Positions 17,763 to 28,020 of a stretch of 64,000 nucleotides of DNA are shown piece after piece (the stretch's first letter is position 1; each line of letters starts with the position of its first letter). This DNA is from an uncultured Actinomycetes bacterium (GTDB lineage: Bacteria; Actinomycetota; Thermoleophilia; UBA2241): NCBI GenBank assembly GCA_963733255.1, contig CAVTCH010000009.1, forward strand, positions 29,694 through 93,693, in the 5' to 3' direction. Below the pieces are notes generated by a model. It ran no database searches and was not told the origin of the DNA. It worked only from the letters and a program-made list of their open reading frames with translations. The position numbers and the translations under genes are program-made.

Positions 17763-18794
17763 CTAAGGCACCAGAACCAGCTTGCCGAGCGCCGGACCCG
17801 CCATGATCTCGCGGTGCGCGGTGGCCGCCTCGGAGAGGGGCAGCTCGCGGGCGATCACCGGGTGAAGGCGGCCGGCGGAAAGCCCTTCGCCGATGGCGGC
17901 GTGGGCTTCGGCCAGGGCCACCGGCGCGGCGTTGAACAGCAGCATGCCGCGCACGTCGGCGTCGCGGCTCATGAGGTCGCGCGGCGTGATCTCGATCGGG
18001 CCCCGGCTGCCCACGACGACCACCCGGCCGCTGTGCGCGAGCAGACCCAGGTCGTCCGCGAGGCCGGCGTGGGCGGCCATCTCGACGATGACGTCGTAGC
18101 CGCGGCCGCCGGTCAGCGCGAGCAGCTCCGCGGCGTAGCCGGACGCCGTATGGTCGGCGACGTGGGCGGCGCCCTGTGCCGCTACCAGTTCCCGGCCGGC
18201 CGGCGAGCCTGCCGTGCCGTGCACCGTCGCTTCCGCCGCGACGGCGAACTGCACCGCGGCCAGCCCGACGCCGCCGCTCGCGCCGTGCACCAGCACCAGG
18301 TCGCCGGCGCGCGCCTGTCCGCGCTGGAACAGTGCGCGATAGGCCGAGGCATAGGGCACGCCGAGCGCAGCGCCGGCGGCGAACGTGATCATGGCGGGCA
18401 GGGGATGCACCTGGTCGACCGTGCACAGTGCGGTTTCGGCGTAGGTGCCCGTGAGTGAGCCCGAGGTGTAGACCCGGTCGCCGACCGACGGGTTCGGCGC
18501 CGGGCTTGTGGCGGCCGCCCCGGCCGCCACAGCCGAGCCGGGCTCCTCGGGCGCCGCGGCCCGCGGGGCGGGGCCGGTCGCCTCGATCACTCCGGCGCCG
18601 TCGCTACCCGGCGTGTAGGGCAACGGGGGCGTAGCGGCGTACTGGCCCGAACGCATGTAGGCCTCGACGGGGTTCACGCCGACGGCGTGCAGGCGGACGA
18701 GCACCTCGCCCGCGCCGGGCGGGCGCAGGTCGGTCACCTCGTCGAGCTGAAGGACTTCGGGGCCACCGAAACTGTGGACGCGAACGGCGCGCAT
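17763..18794 (-). CDS. zinc-type alcohol dehydrogenase / NADPH:quinone oxidoreductase (MDR family) with low-complexity Ala/Pro insert
   Basis: Nucleotide-binding GASGGVG and MDR core motifs. Confidence 0.8.
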   Translation of the reverse strand: MRAVRVHSFGGPEVLQLDEVTDLRPPGAGEVLVRLHAVGVNPVEAYMRSGQYAATPPLPYTPGSDGAGVIEATGPAPRAAAPEEPGSAVAAGAAATSPAPNPSVGDRVYTSGSLTGTYAETALCTVDQVHPLPAMITFAAGAALGVPYASAYRALFQRGQARAGDLVLVHGASGGVGLAAVQFAVAAEATVHGTAGSPAGRELVAAQGAAHVADHTASGYAAELLALTGGRGYDVIVEMAAHAGLADDLGLLAHSGRVVVVGSRGPIEITPRDLMSRDADVRGMLLFNAAPVALAEAHAAIGEGLSAGRLHPVIARELPLSEAATAHREIMAGPALGKLVLVP

Positions 18795-18894
18795 CGAACC
18801 TCCTCGTCTCTGCCCGTCTGCCCGGGCACGCCCCGGGCGGGTCCTTGAAGCTTCCCCGAACGGGCGAAAACGTAGAGTCCGGCGCGCCCGGAAC

Positions 18895-19566
18895 CTACTC
18901 GACCTTGGTCAGCTTGGCGCCCTGCGTGACGGTCACCGCGCCGCCCGACTTGGGCGTGCCCTGAACGGCGATCGCCAGCGTGCCGTGGTCGACCGTGAAG
19001 ACGACGCTGTAGGTCGTGAACACCAGGGCCAGCGCGTTCTTGGCGGCCGCGACGACCGCCGCCTGCCTGGCGTCGTGACCGACGTAGTCGTAGCTGGATT
19101 CGAGGTGACCCTTCGTGAGGGTGGCGCTGAACGGACCGACGGTGCGCCCGCCGGCGACCTGTGTGACCGTGTACAGCGCGCCGCTCCTGGCGATGGTCAC
19201 CGTGATGGCGGTGGCGCCGGTCGTGCCGGTCGAGGCGATCGTCGTGCCCTGCCAGGTGCCGAGGAACTGCGTGCCGGGCGCCGGCCTGAGAACGAAGAAC
19301 CAGACCCCGGCGACGGCCACGATGGCGACGATGGCGAGCAGCACGAGCCAGGGCAGCTTCGAGCCTTTCGATGTCTTGCCGGCGCGCAGCGGCTGGATGG
19401 TGGGAGCGGTCGTGCCGTAGGCGGTCGGCGCGTCGTAGTAGGCCTTGTCGTGAACCGGCTCCTGGTAGGCGTCCGCAGCCGGCTGTTGGCTGAGGGGAGA
19501 TCCGCAGGCGCCGCAGGTCCAGGCGCCGTCGCGTGCCTCAGTGCCGCAGCTCGGGCAGGTTGCCAC
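18895..19566 (-). CDS. zinc-ribbon, single-TM protein with extracytoplasmic domain (paralog of 21070-21603)
   Basis: CPSCG...CGACG zinc ribbon, TM helix, and GTWQG motif; GTG start after GAGGAGG. Confidence 0.5.
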   Translation of the reverse strand: MATCPSCGTEARDGAWTCGACGSPLSQQPAADAYQEPVHDKAYYDAPTAYGTTAPTIQPLRAGKTSKGSKLPWLVLLAIVAIVAVAGVWFFVLRPAPGTQFLGTWQGTTIASTGTTGATAITVTIARSGALYTVTQVAGGRTVGPFSATLTKGHLESSYDYVGHDARQAAVVAAAKNALALVFTTYSVVFTVDHGTLAIAVQGTPKSGGAVTVTQGAKLTKVE

Positions 19567-19710
19567 AGGTGTGCCTCCTCGGGTCCGGTGCGACCGCCTG
19601 CCCACGAGCGGGTGCCTCACTTCTCGCACCCGCGAAAGCCCGCGACGGCCGCCTTCACGGGCTATGTCGGCACGCGGGGGCCCGGACACGACCCCGCCCG
19701 GTGCGGCGCC

Positions 19711-21012
19711 CTAGAACGAGAGCTGCTCGAGGCGCCCGAAGATGACCTCGCGACCGGCCCGGTACTGGTCGGGGTCCATGGCCGCGTCGATCTCGGCCGG
19801 CGAGAGCACCTTCGCCGCCTCGGCGTCGCCTTTGATCAGCGCCCCGAAGTCGACCCCTTCACGCCAGGCCCGCATGGCGCAGTCCTGCACCACGCGGTAG
19901 GCGTCGTCGCGCAGCATGCCGTGGTCGACCAGGGCGAGGAGCACCGCGCCGCTGAACACCAGGCGTTGCGACAGCGCCAGGTTGCCGCGCATGCGGCCTT
20001 CGTCGACGACGAGCGTGTCGAAGAGCCTGGTCGCCTTGCGCAGCATGTAGTCGAGCAAAATGCAGGAGTCCGGAAAGACGATGCGTTCGGCCGAGCTGTG
20101 CGAGATGTCGCGCTCGTGCCAGAGCGCCATGTTCTCCATGCCCACCACGGCGTTGCCGCGCAGCACGCGGGCGCAGCCGGCCATGCGCTCGGAGAGGATC
20201 GGATTGCGCTTGTGGGGCATCGCCGACGAGCCCTTCTGGCCCTTGCCGAAGGCCTCCTCGGCCTCGCGCACCTCGGTGCGCTGCAGGTGGCGCACCTCCA
20301 CGGTGAACTTCTCGATCGAGGACCCCACGATGGCCAGCGCCGACAGGAAGGCGGCGTGGCGGTCGCGCTGCACCACCTGGTTGGCGATCGGCTCGCAGCC
20401 CAGGCCGAGCTCCGCCAGCACGAGCTCCTCGACGCGCGGGTCGATGTTGTTGTAGGCGCCGACGGCGCCGCTCAGCTTGCCCACGGCGGCGCCTGTGGTC
20501 ACGCGCCGCAGGCGCTCGAGGTCGCGGGCCACCTCGAAGGCCCACATGCCGAGCTTCATGCCGAAGGTGATGGGCTCGGCGTGGATACCGTGCGTGCGGC
20601 CGACCTGCACCGTGTCGCGAAACTCGAAGGCGCGCCGCTTGAGCACCTCGCCGAGCGCCGCGAGGTCGCTCTGCAGCAGCTCGCCGGCGCGCCTGATCTG
20701 CAGCGCCAGGCCGGTGTCGAGCATGTCGGAGCTCGTCATGCCGTAGTGGATGTACTTGGAGGCGTCGCCCACGTGCTCGGCCACGTTGGTCAGGAAGGCG
20801 ATGACGTCGTGGTTGGTGGTCTCTTCGATCTCGGCCACCCGGGCGGCCTCGAAGGCCGCCTTGGCCTCGATCTCGGCCAGCGCCTCGTCGGGCACCTTGC
20901 CGAGCCGGTTCCAGGCGCGCACCGCGGCGAGCTCGACATCGAGCCAGGCCTGCAGCTTGGCCTCTTCGGTCCAGATGGCGCCCATCTCGGGCAGCGTGTA
21001 GCGATCGATCAT
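19711..21012 (-). CDS. purB: adenylosuccinate lyase
   Basis: Full-length fumarate-lyase family with GSSAMPHKRNP signature. Confidence 0.9.
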   Translation of the reverse strand: MIDRYTLPEMGAIWTEEAKLQAWLDVELAAVRAWNRLGKVPDEALAEIEAKAAFEAARVAEIEETTNHDVIAFLTNVAEHVGDASKYIHYGMTSSDMLDTGLALQIRRAGELLQSDLAALGEVLKRRAFEFRDTVQVGRTHGIHAEPITFGMKLGMWAFEVARDLERLRRVTTGAAVGKLSGAVGAYNNIDPRVEELVLAELGLGCEPIANQVVQRDRHAAFLSALAIVGSSIEKFTVEVRHLQRTEVREAEEAFGKGQKGSSAMPHKRNPILSERMAGCARVLRGNAVVGMENMALWHERDISHSSAERIVFPDSCILLDYMLRKATRLFDTLVVDEGRMRGNLALSQRLVFSGAVLLALVDHGMLRDDAYRVVQDCAMRAWREGVDFGALIKGDAEAAKVLSPAEIDAAMDPDQYRAGREVIFGRLEQLSF

Positions 21013-21069
21013 GCGAGAGCCCTCCGTCGCGGCCGTCAGAGACGGGGAGATTCTCTCACAGCGCTCGGG

Positions 21070-21603
21070 TCATTGGCGCGTGAGCAGCGTCTCCACCGGC
21101 GGCCGGCCGTCGCCGTAGGTGATGGTGGCGTGGAGCTGTTCGCGGTCGGCGAACGACAGCGAGAGCTGCCAGGTCACCCCGTTCACGGAGCCGTTGGCCA
21201 CGAGCTGGTCGTCGCTCACGCGCCCGGTGGTCGCGCCTGCGCCCAGGGCGCGCGCGCCGGTGAGCGTGTAGGTGTCGCCGCCGGCCTTGGCGATGCGCAC
21301 GATCGAGCTGCCCAGGGCCGGGTCGGACAGACCCCAGGTGCCGACGTACGACTGGCCCGACGTGGTGATGCCGACGTACTGCAACAGGCTGAACCCGCCC
21401 AGAAGAAAGAAGCCTGCGACGACGACCGCCACGACCAGGATGAGCAGCGCCAGCAGGGGCGCGAGCCACCAGGCGTCGCGCAGGCGGCGGCGCCGCGCCT
21501 TGGGCGCGGCGCCGCCGGCCTCGGTTCGCGCGCCGGCTGGGTCAGGCAGCGCGCCGGCCGCCGCCGACCGGTAGATGGTCCTTCCGGGTCTTTGCTCGCT
21601 CAT
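21070..21603 (-). CDS. single-TM membrane protein with GTW-motif extracytoplasmic domain (paralog of 18895-19566)
   Basis: TM helix and shared motifs YVGTWG / IVRIAKAGGDTYTLTG. Confidence 0.5.
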   Translation of the reverse strand: MSEQRPGRTIYRSAAAGALPDPAGARTEAGGAAPKARRRRLRDAWWLAPLLALLILVVAVVVAGFFLLGGFSLLQYVGITTSGQSYVGTWGLSDPALGSSIVRIAKAGGDTYTLTGARALGAGATTGRVSDDQLVANGSVNGVTWQLSLSFADREQLHATITYGDGRPPVETLLTRQ

Positions 21604-21628
21604 GGTGTCCGGCGCATCGTGTCGGGCG

Positions 21629-22009
21629 TCACTCCCGCATGGCGATGGCTTCGATCTCGACCTTGACGCCCTTGGGCAGGGCGGTCACGGCGACCGTCGA
21701 GCGCGCCGGGTAGGGCTGCTCGAAGAACTCGGCGTAGACCTCGTTCACGGCGGCGAAGTCGTTCATGTCGGTCAGAAAGATGGTCGTCTTGACGATGGCG
21801 TGGCTCGTCATGGCGCCGGCCTGCAGCAGATGCTGGAGATTGCCCAGCGCCTGCCGGGCCTGTTCGGCCGCCGTCTCGCCGACCACGACGCCGTCCTTGT
21901 CGAACGGCACCTGGCCCGAGAAGAACACGAAGCCTTCGGCCTGCACCGCGGGCGAGTAGGGGCCGATGGCGGGCGCGGCCGCCGGCGAGGTCAGGGTCAT
22001 CTTCATCAT
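21629..22009 (-). CDS. RidA/YjgF-family reactive intermediate deaminase
   Basis: PYSPAV...FFSGQ...KTTIFL motifs. Confidence 0.8.
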   Translation of the reverse strand: MMKMTLTSPAAAPAIGPYSPAVQAEGFVFFSGQVPFDKDGVVVGETAAEQARQALGNLQHLLQAGAMTSHAIVKTTIFLTDMNDFAAVNEVYAEFFEQPYPARSTVAVTALPKGVKVEIEAIAMRE

Positions 22010-22046
22010 CTCAAGGCTCCTTGTGTGGTGAGTGCGCGGGCGGGCG

Positions 22047-22178
22047 TCACCCGATGAAGTGCAGGATCACGCCGATCAGGGCGAGCACGACGACGAAGGC
22101 CAGCCCGCTGATCGCCATGACGAGCATCTGGCGCTGGTATTCGGGCGGCATGCGCGACTTGCGGGGGCGGCCACTCAT
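22047..22178 (-). CDS. possible small membrane protein (43 aa)
   Basis: Unlisted ORF MSGRPRKSRMPPEYQRQMLVMAISGLAFVVVLALIGVILHFIG between ridA and purE. Confidence 0.3.
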   Translation of the reverse strand: MSGRPRKSRMPPEYQRQMLVMAISGLAFVVVLALIGVILHFIG

Positions 22179-22191
22179 CGTTTCGCCGGCC

Positions 22192-22641
22192 TCAGACGTC
22201 GAGGATCTTGGCGGCCAGGATGGCGGCGTTGCGGGCGCCGTTTATGGCGACGCAGGCGACGGGCACTCCCGGCGGCATCTGCACGATCGACAGCAGCGAG
22301 TCGAGGCCGCCCAGGTCGCTCGTCTTGATGGGCACGCCGATCACCGGCAGGTTCGTATACGAGGCGATCACGCCGGGCAGCGCGGCGGCCTTGCCGGCGC
22401 CGGCGATGAGCACCTTCAGCCCGCGGGCCTGCGCGGTGCGCGCGTAGTGTGAAACCTTGTCAGGGTCGCGATGAGCCGACATGACCTCGATCTCGTAGCG
22501 TATGTGGCGCTCGTCGAGCTCGCGCCCGGCGGCCGCCATGACCTCGCGGTCGGATTCGCTGCCCATCACGATACCCACAAGCACGGGTTCGAACTCGATG
22601 CCGACCAGCAGCGCGTCGACTTCGGTACTGGTCTTTTCCAC
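22192..22641 (-). CDS. purE: N5-carboxyaminoimidazole ribonucleotide mutase
   Basis: [10 protein letters not shown]...AHRDPD...AGKAAALPG motifs. Confidence 0.8.
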   Translation of the reverse strand: MEKTSTEVDALLVGIEFEPVLVGIVMGSESDREVMAAAGRELDERHIRYEIEVMSAHRDPDKVSHYARTAQARGLKVLIAGAGKAAALPGVIASYTNLPVIGVPIKTSDLGGLDSLLSIVQMPPGVPVACVAINGARNAAILAAKILDV

Positions 22642-22714
22642 CGCTCACTCCCTTCGGGACTGTTGGCGCGCCGACCGCGGCACCTGCTGTCGGCCAGAGC
22701 TTAGCTTCGCCCGC

Positions 22715-24031
22715 CTAGCTCGCCCAGGCGGCCGGAAAAAGGACGATCTCGCCGTTCTGAGCCTTGACGGCACGCTCGGCGATGTCGGCACGCGTCTGCA
22801 CACCGGCGAACGAGATGCGCGCAAGCGCGCCGTAGGCGCGCTCGCGCGCCGCGGCGAAGTCGTTGCCCAGCGCGCTCACCGCCAGCACGCGGCCGCCGGA
22901 GGTCACGATGTCGTGGCCGTGCACCGCCGTGGCGGCGTGGTAGACCGTGACGTCGGGCATGCCGGCCGCTTCGGAGAGGCCCTCGATCACATCGCCCTTC
23001 GAGCTCGAGGCCGGGTAGCCGGCCGACGCGGCGACGATCGTCACGCAGTCTTCGGGCTTCCAGCGAAGCTGCACCGTGTCGAGCTCGCCGTCGGCGGTCG
23101 CCAGGCAGGCTTCGAGCAGGTCGCTGTCGAGGCGCGGCAGGATGGCCTGGGTCTCGGGGTCGCCGAACCGGCAGTTGAACTCGAGCAGCTTGATGCCGTG
23201 GTCGGTCACGATGAGGCCGCCGTAAAGCACGCCGCGGTACTCGATGCCGCGCCGCCGCAGGGCGTCGAGCACAGGCTGGTAGAGGTCCTCGACCACGGTC
23301 TCGGCGACGTCGGCGGCAAAACCGGGCACAGGGCAGTAGCTGCCCATGCCGCCGGTGTTGGGACCCTGGTCGCCGGCGAAGATGCGCTTGTAGTCTTGCG
23401 CCGGCGCCATGGGCACGATCCGGGTGCCGTCGCAGAGCGCCAGCAGTGAGACTTCGGAACCGCTCAGGAACTCCTCGATCAGCACCGTGCCCCCGGCCTC
23501 GCCGAAGGCGTGGTCGGCAAGGCAGAGGCGAACGGCCGCCCGCGCTTCGGCGGCATCCTGGCAGATGATCACGCCCTTGCCGGCGGCCAGGCCGTCGGCC
23601 TTCACGACGACCGGCCAGGTCTCCTGGGTGTCGACGTCGCGCAGGGCGGCGACCAGCTCGGTGTGGCGGCGGTAGTGGCCCGTGGCGACGTGGGCCTCGT
23701 TCATGATCTCCTTGGCGAAGGCCTTGCTGCCCTCGAGCCGGGCGCCGTCGGCGCGCGGGCCGAACACCCGCAGGCCGTGCTCGGCGAACAGGTCGGCGAC
23801 GCCGGCCACGAGCGGCACCTCGGGCCCCACGACGGTCAGCTCGATCTTCTCGCGGCGCGCGAAGGCCAGCAGGCCTGGCAGGTCGTCGGCCGCGATGTCG
23901 ACCGTGTCGGCCTCTTGCGCGATGCCGGCGTTGCCGGGTGCGCAGAACACCTGGGTCGCTTGCGGGGAGGCGCAGAAGGCATGGACGAGGGCGTGCTCGC
24001 GACCGCCGCCGCCGATCACCAGAACTCGCAT
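22715..24031 (-). CDS. purD: phosphoribosylamine--glycine ligase
   Basis: MRVLVIGGGGREHAL N-terminus and ATP-grasp core; GAGGAGGA SD. Confidence 0.9.
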   Translation of the reverse strand: MRVLVIGGGGREHALVHAFCASPQATQVFCAPGNAGIAQEADTVDIAADDLPGLLAFARREKIELTVVGPEVPLVAGVADLFAEHGLRVFGPRADGARLEGSKAFAKEIMNEAHVATGHYRRHTELVAALRDVDTQETWPVVVKADGLAAGKGVIICQDAAEARAAVRLCLADHAFGEAGGTVLIEEFLSGSEVSLLALCDGTRIVPMAPAQDYKRIFAGDQGPNTGGMGSYCPVPGFAADVAETVVEDLYQPVLDALRRRGIEYRGVLYGGLIVTDHGIKLLEFNCRFGDPETQAILPRLDSDLLEACLATADGELDTVQLRWKPEDCVTIVAASAGYPASSSKGDVIEGLSEAAGMPDVTVYHAATAVHGHDIVTSGGRVLAVSALGNDFAAARERAYGALARISFAGVQTRADIAERAVKAQNGEIVLFPAAWAS

Positions 24032-24126
24032 GGGTCCTCCTCGTGGCCTGGGGGTTGTCGTGGCCGTCGCACCGCGGGTCGTGCGAGGGGCAGGACAAGC
24101 ATACAACGCGGGGCGCTCCGGGCGGC

Positions 24127-24300
24127 GGTGACGCTCAGGGCGGGGCGAGGATCTCCAGGTCGGGGCTGTCTCGGTCGGCTTCGCGGCCTACTGCCCAAGC
24201 GCACCACCTCGCAGGCCGACCTCACGACCCTCACCCCGCCCTTCGCTCCGGCCAGCGCAGGCCGACCTTACGACCCTCACCCCGCCCTTCGCTCGGGCCG
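24127..24300. repeat. composite repeat set A: E1 (GGTGACGCTCAGGGCGGGGYGAGGRTCTCCAGGTCGGGGCTGTCTCGG) followed by two tandem E2 units (CGCAGGCCGACCTYACGACCCTCACCCCGCCCTTCGCTC)
   Basis: Copies recur at 26150-26353 and, in reverse complement, at 28733-28790; E2 core is the reverse complement of the E1 core (17-nt potential stem). Confidence 0.6.
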
Positions 24301-24538
24301 CCGCGGACTACCGCAGGCCGCGGCACGGCCGTTCGGGGATTCTGACTGGCTTCCCGACTGTAGCCTCGCCCAAAACGCCGTGCGCGGGCTGCAGCGGGGT
24401 GTTGCGAGTCGTGCAGCGGGCGCCTGGAGCCGGTCGTCGGTTGCCTCGGCGAGTGCTCTCCGAGGCACCGGCACGAAGGTTACGGCCAAGCGGGGTAGAC
24501 TTCCGCGGTCTGTCCGATTCGCCGAGGAGGCACGAGAC

Positions 24539-25978
24539 GTGGGCAACGACGTTCGCTACATCGTTCTCTCGGACCTGCATCTCGGGGCCGAGAACAGCAT
24601 CCTCACAAGCCTGCAGGCAGGCACGACGCTGGCCGACTCACAGCACACAAGCCCGGTCCTCATTTCACTGGTCGAGTGCCTGCGCCACATCGTCGCGGCC
24701 AACGAAGGCGGCGAGCTGCCGACCATGATCGTCGCCGGCGACCTGGTCGAGCTGGCCTTGGCCTCACCTGCCCTCAGCCTGCCGGTCGTGGCCCAGTTCG
24801 CGAAGGCACTGGCCGGTGGGGAGCCGGTTGTGCGCGACGAGGCCATCTTCGTTCCCGGCAACCACGACCACCATCTCTGGGAGATGAGCCGGGAGCGCGC
24901 TGCGGCGGAGTTCCTGCAGGCCGGCAAACCTCGCGAGCAGGAGCCCGCATCGTGGCATACCTCGTCGATGTTCCTGTCACAGTCACCCCACTATGGAGCA
25001 CCCCTGCTCGAAGACGCCGTGCATTACCTGCGTGACACCGAGCGCGCCCAGGTGCGCGTCGTCTATCCCGACCTCGCCCTCACCTCGGCCGACGGGCAGC
25101 GCGCCGTGTTTGTCACCCACGGCCATTACATGGAGCCGGTCGGCACGCTGTTCTCGGCGATGGCGCGCCTCGCCGACCCATCGTCGCCGCCGCTCGACAA
25201 CGTCGATCTGATCGAGCGCGAGAACTGGGCCTGGGTCGACTTCTTCTGGGGTTCCATGGGTCGTTCGACGCGGACCGGAGCTCTGATCGAGAAGCTCTAC
25301 GACTCGATGCAGGACCCGCGCGCCGTCCAGGCCATGCTGGGCGGTCTTGCTTTGAGCGTTACACAGCATCAGAGCCCCCTGCTTGCCCGCATCGAAGGCT
25401 GGGGCATCCGCCGCGTTGTCGGCCGTATCGTGACCAACAAGCTGCACGAGCGCGAGCGCAACAACGCCGACGAGGTCCTGGGCGGGGGCTCGCGCCGCGG
25501 CCTGGCGCAGTATCTTGCAGCGATGCGCAACACGTTCGAGCGGCAATGGGAGAATCCCCTGCCGAGTGACGTCACCATGGTAGTGGGTCATACCCACAAG
25601 CCCTTCAGCGAGTGGTGGGAAGAGCCGGCCTGGCCCGCGGGCGGTGTGCGCGTCTTCAACACCGGCGGCTGGGTGGTCGATCACGTGACGCCGCAGCCGC
25701 TCATGGGCGCTGCCGTGGTACTCGTGAGCGACGATCTCGACGTCGTCTCGCTGCGGATCTACCAGCAGGTGAGCAGACCCTCATCGTGGGAGGTCGTCGT
25801 CGAAACGGTGAAGCCCACGGCCGGCGGCGAACACTTCGCCGACCATATCAGGGGCCTCATCAAGCCCGCAGCGGAGCCCTGGTCTACCTTCGTGGCCGCC
25901 GTCGACGCACTCGTGAGAGAGCGCCGCGAGGACATGCGCAAGATCCTCGAGGGCGAGCTGGAGTTGCTGCGGGAGTAG
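24539..25978 (+). CDS. calcineurin-like metallophosphoesterase with ~130-aa unique C-terminal extension
   Basis: MPP motifs IVLSDLHLG, GDLVE, GNHDHH, VTHGH, VVGHTHKP; GTG start after GAGGAGG. Confidence 0.7.
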   Translation: MGNDVRYIVLSDLHLGAENSILTSLQAGTTLADSQHTSPVLISLVECLRHIVAANEGGELPTMIVAGDLVELALASPALSLPVVAQFAKALAGGEPVVRDEAIFVPGNHDHHLWEMSRERAAAEFLQAGKPREQEPASWHTSSMFLSQSPHYGAPLLEDAVHYLRDTERAQVRVVYPDLALTSADGQRAVFVTHGHYMEPVGTLFSAMARLADPSSPPLDNVDLIERENWAWVDFFWGSMGRSTRTGALIEKLYDSMQDPRAVQAMLGGLALSVTQHQSPLLARIEGWGIRRVVGRIVTNKLHERERNNADEVLGGGSRRGLAQYLAAMRNTFERQWENPLPSDVTMVVGHTHKPFSEWWEEPAWPAGGVRVFNTGGWVVDHVTPQPLMGAAVVLVSDDLDVVSLRIYQQVSRPSSWEVVVETVKPTAGGEHFADHIRGLIKPAAEPWSTFVAAVDALVRERREDMRKILEGELELLRE

Positions 25979-26149
25979 GAGCGGTGGGAGTCGCCAGGCG
26001 CGTTGCAGCCTAGCTCAGGCGGCAGCAGGAGCCTGCCTCGGCGTGCAGCTCCATCCAAAGCGTGAGGATGCCAACCAAGACTCGGGCTTTACCGGCCGGT
26101 GGCGTGAGCGGCGAGCGGCTGCCCCACTCGAGGCGTGCGCTGCCTTCGG

Positions 26150-26353
26150 AGCGAGAGGCGGGGTGGGGGTCTCCAGGTCGCGGCTGTCTCGGGGTGACGC
26201 TCAGGGCGGGGTGAGGGTCTCCAGGTCGGGGCTGTCTCGGTCAGCCGCGCGTCCTACTATCCGAGCGCGCCACCTCGCAGGCCGACCTTACGACCCTCAC
26301 CCCGCCCTTCGCTCCGGGCCAGCGCGGGGCCACCGCAGGCGACCTTACGCGGC
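26150..26353. repeat. composite repeat set B (partial E1, full E1, E2, partial E2)
   Basis: Near-identical to set A at 24127-24300. Confidence 0.6.
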
Positions 26354-26403
26354 CCTCGCTCCTGCGCGGCCGGCGGGCGGCCTTGTCGCCGCCTGCGCGC
26401 TGC

Positions 26404-27759
26404 TCAGGGCGCCGGGGTTGGGAACTGCACCGTGATCGCGTTGACGTGCCGGTCGGTCGTGGACCGCAGCCATCCGACGACGATCGGGCCCGACGGGCTG
26501 AGGGCGCTGGCCTCGGCGAATTCGTCGTATAGCGGCGTCTCGTGGAGCATCGGCTCCCCGCGCGATCCGCTCGCGGAGTAGGGCACCACGACCAGCCGAT
26601 CCACGTCGGGGCCAAAGCTCGTGCCGCAGACGAAGATGCTGCCGTCGGCCGCGCACTCGAGCCCGTTCGCCTGGGCGATGGCGCCTTTGCCGGGCGACCA
26701 TGCGGCGCGAAAGACGGGGGAGCCGTGAGTGGTGAACTTGGCGACCAGGAAGGTCGTGGGCGTGTCGCCTCCCAGGCCGCCCGCACAGATCACGTTGCCG
26801 CCGGCGTCGAGTCTTATCCGCGTGAATCCACCGGCGCGACCTTGCGGGCTCACGCGCCGGCCCCAAAGCAGGCGGCCACTCGGGCTGTAGGCGCGCACCA
26901 GGGCGGTGTGGTGGGTCGCCCCGGCTCTCGCGCACAGGTAGACGGCCCCGGACCGAGCGGCGACCAGGTCGCTGCCCGCGACGGTGGCAGACAACGCGGA
27001 CCATCTCTTCGTTCCACTCGGGGTGTACGAGACGAACAGCCCCAGGTCACGGACGACCCCGCAGGCGTACACGTCGTCGTTGCGCCCGACCGCCACCGTC
27101 CAGAGCCCGTCCAATCGACCCGGGCCTCCGGCGATCCTGCGCTGCCAGAGCACCTGTCCGGTGGGGGCGAGCTTCACGAGGATCGCGTCCGAGCCGGTGC
27201 GGCGCCCGATCGAGCCGGCGACGTAGGCGGCGCCACGTGAGTCGATGGCGACGTCGTCTGCCCCGCTGCCCGTTCTTACGTGGCTCATCACTTTGGTCGC
27301 CCAGAGCCGTGTGCCGTCGGTCCGGTACCGTACGATCAGGATGCCGGCTCCTCGCGTGCCGGTCTGACCCCAGGCCAGCAGGTCGCCGTTGGGCATCGCC
27401 GTCACGCCGCCGAACTGTCCGTTGGCGACGACGCCGGACGGCGATCTCTCCCAGACGAGAGAACCGTCGGCCGCGTACTTGACGAGCCAGGGTACGGCCG
27501 GGCTGTCGCCGAACTTGTGAGCGTACGCGGCGCCGGCGACGTACGAGGAGCCCGCGGCGTCCACGGCGACTCCCAGCGCGAGTCGGTTCTGAGTCCCCGC
27601 GGGTCCGTCGTAGACGCCCGCCCACAGCGGATCGGCGGCCAAAGCCGCCGCCGGAGTCGCCGTCGTCACCCCCGAGGCCACGGCCGTAGCCGCGACTGCT
27701 GCCGCCAGTGACGCGGTGAACACGAAGACCAGCACTCCGGACCAGACGTGCTTTCTCAT
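26404..27759 (-). CDS. secreted beta-propeller repeat protein (SBBP-like)
   Basis: Signal peptide MRKHVWSGVLVFVFTASLAAAVA and repeated ~45-aa blades (AGS.YV.G, GS..WA); GGGGGAGGGG SD. Confidence 0.6.
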   Translation of the reverse strand: MRKHVWSGVLVFVFTASLAAAVAATAVASGVTTATPAAALAADPLWAGVYDGPAGTQNRLALGVAVDAAGSSYVAGAAYAHKFGDSPAVPWLVKYAADGSLVWERSPSGVVANGQFGGVTAMPNGDLLAWGQTGTRGAGILIVRYRTDGTRLWATKVMSHVRTGSGADDVAIDSRGAAYVAGSIGRRTGSDAILVKLAPTGQVLWQRRIAGGPGRLDGLWTVAVGRNDDVYACGVVRDLGLFVSYTPSGTKRWSALSATVAGSDLVAARSGAVYLCARAGATHHTALVRAYSPSGRLLWGRRVSPQGRAGGFTRIRLDAGGNVICAGGLGGDTPTTFLVAKFTTHGSPVFRAAWSPGKGAIAQANGLECAADGSIFVCGTSFGPDVDRLVVVPYSASGSRGEPMLHETPLYDEFAEASALSPSGPIVVGWLRSTTDRHVNAITVQFPTPAP

Positions 27760-28020
27760 GACGTGACCCCTCCCCCTTGGCCGGCCGCGGCGACTCACTG
27801 CGAGACTCGCTGCGACTATACCAGTGACACCTCCTTCGACCGCGGTGACCCGGCGTTCTTTCACGCCTGATGGTCGGAGTCCCTCCGCCGGCACGAGCAA
27901 GGACCAGCGAACGCGACTAGGGGTCTCACGTGAAGGCCACAACCAAGAACTACCGCCTCGGGACCGTCGGCGGGAGCAAGCACAGTGCGCCGTCGGGCCG
28001 ACCAGGCCAAGGAGCAGCCG

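Noticed and set aside
18985-21666. 893-aa plus-strand ORF
   Set aside because: Antisense to purB and the two membrane-protein genes. Composition is Gly/Arg/Ala-dominated with no motifs.
23510-25978. 822-aa listed ORF including a region antisense to purD
   Set aside because: The metallophosphoesterase motifs begin only after the GTG at 24539, which has a GAGGAGG SD. The upstream 340 codons overlap the repeat region and purD antisense.
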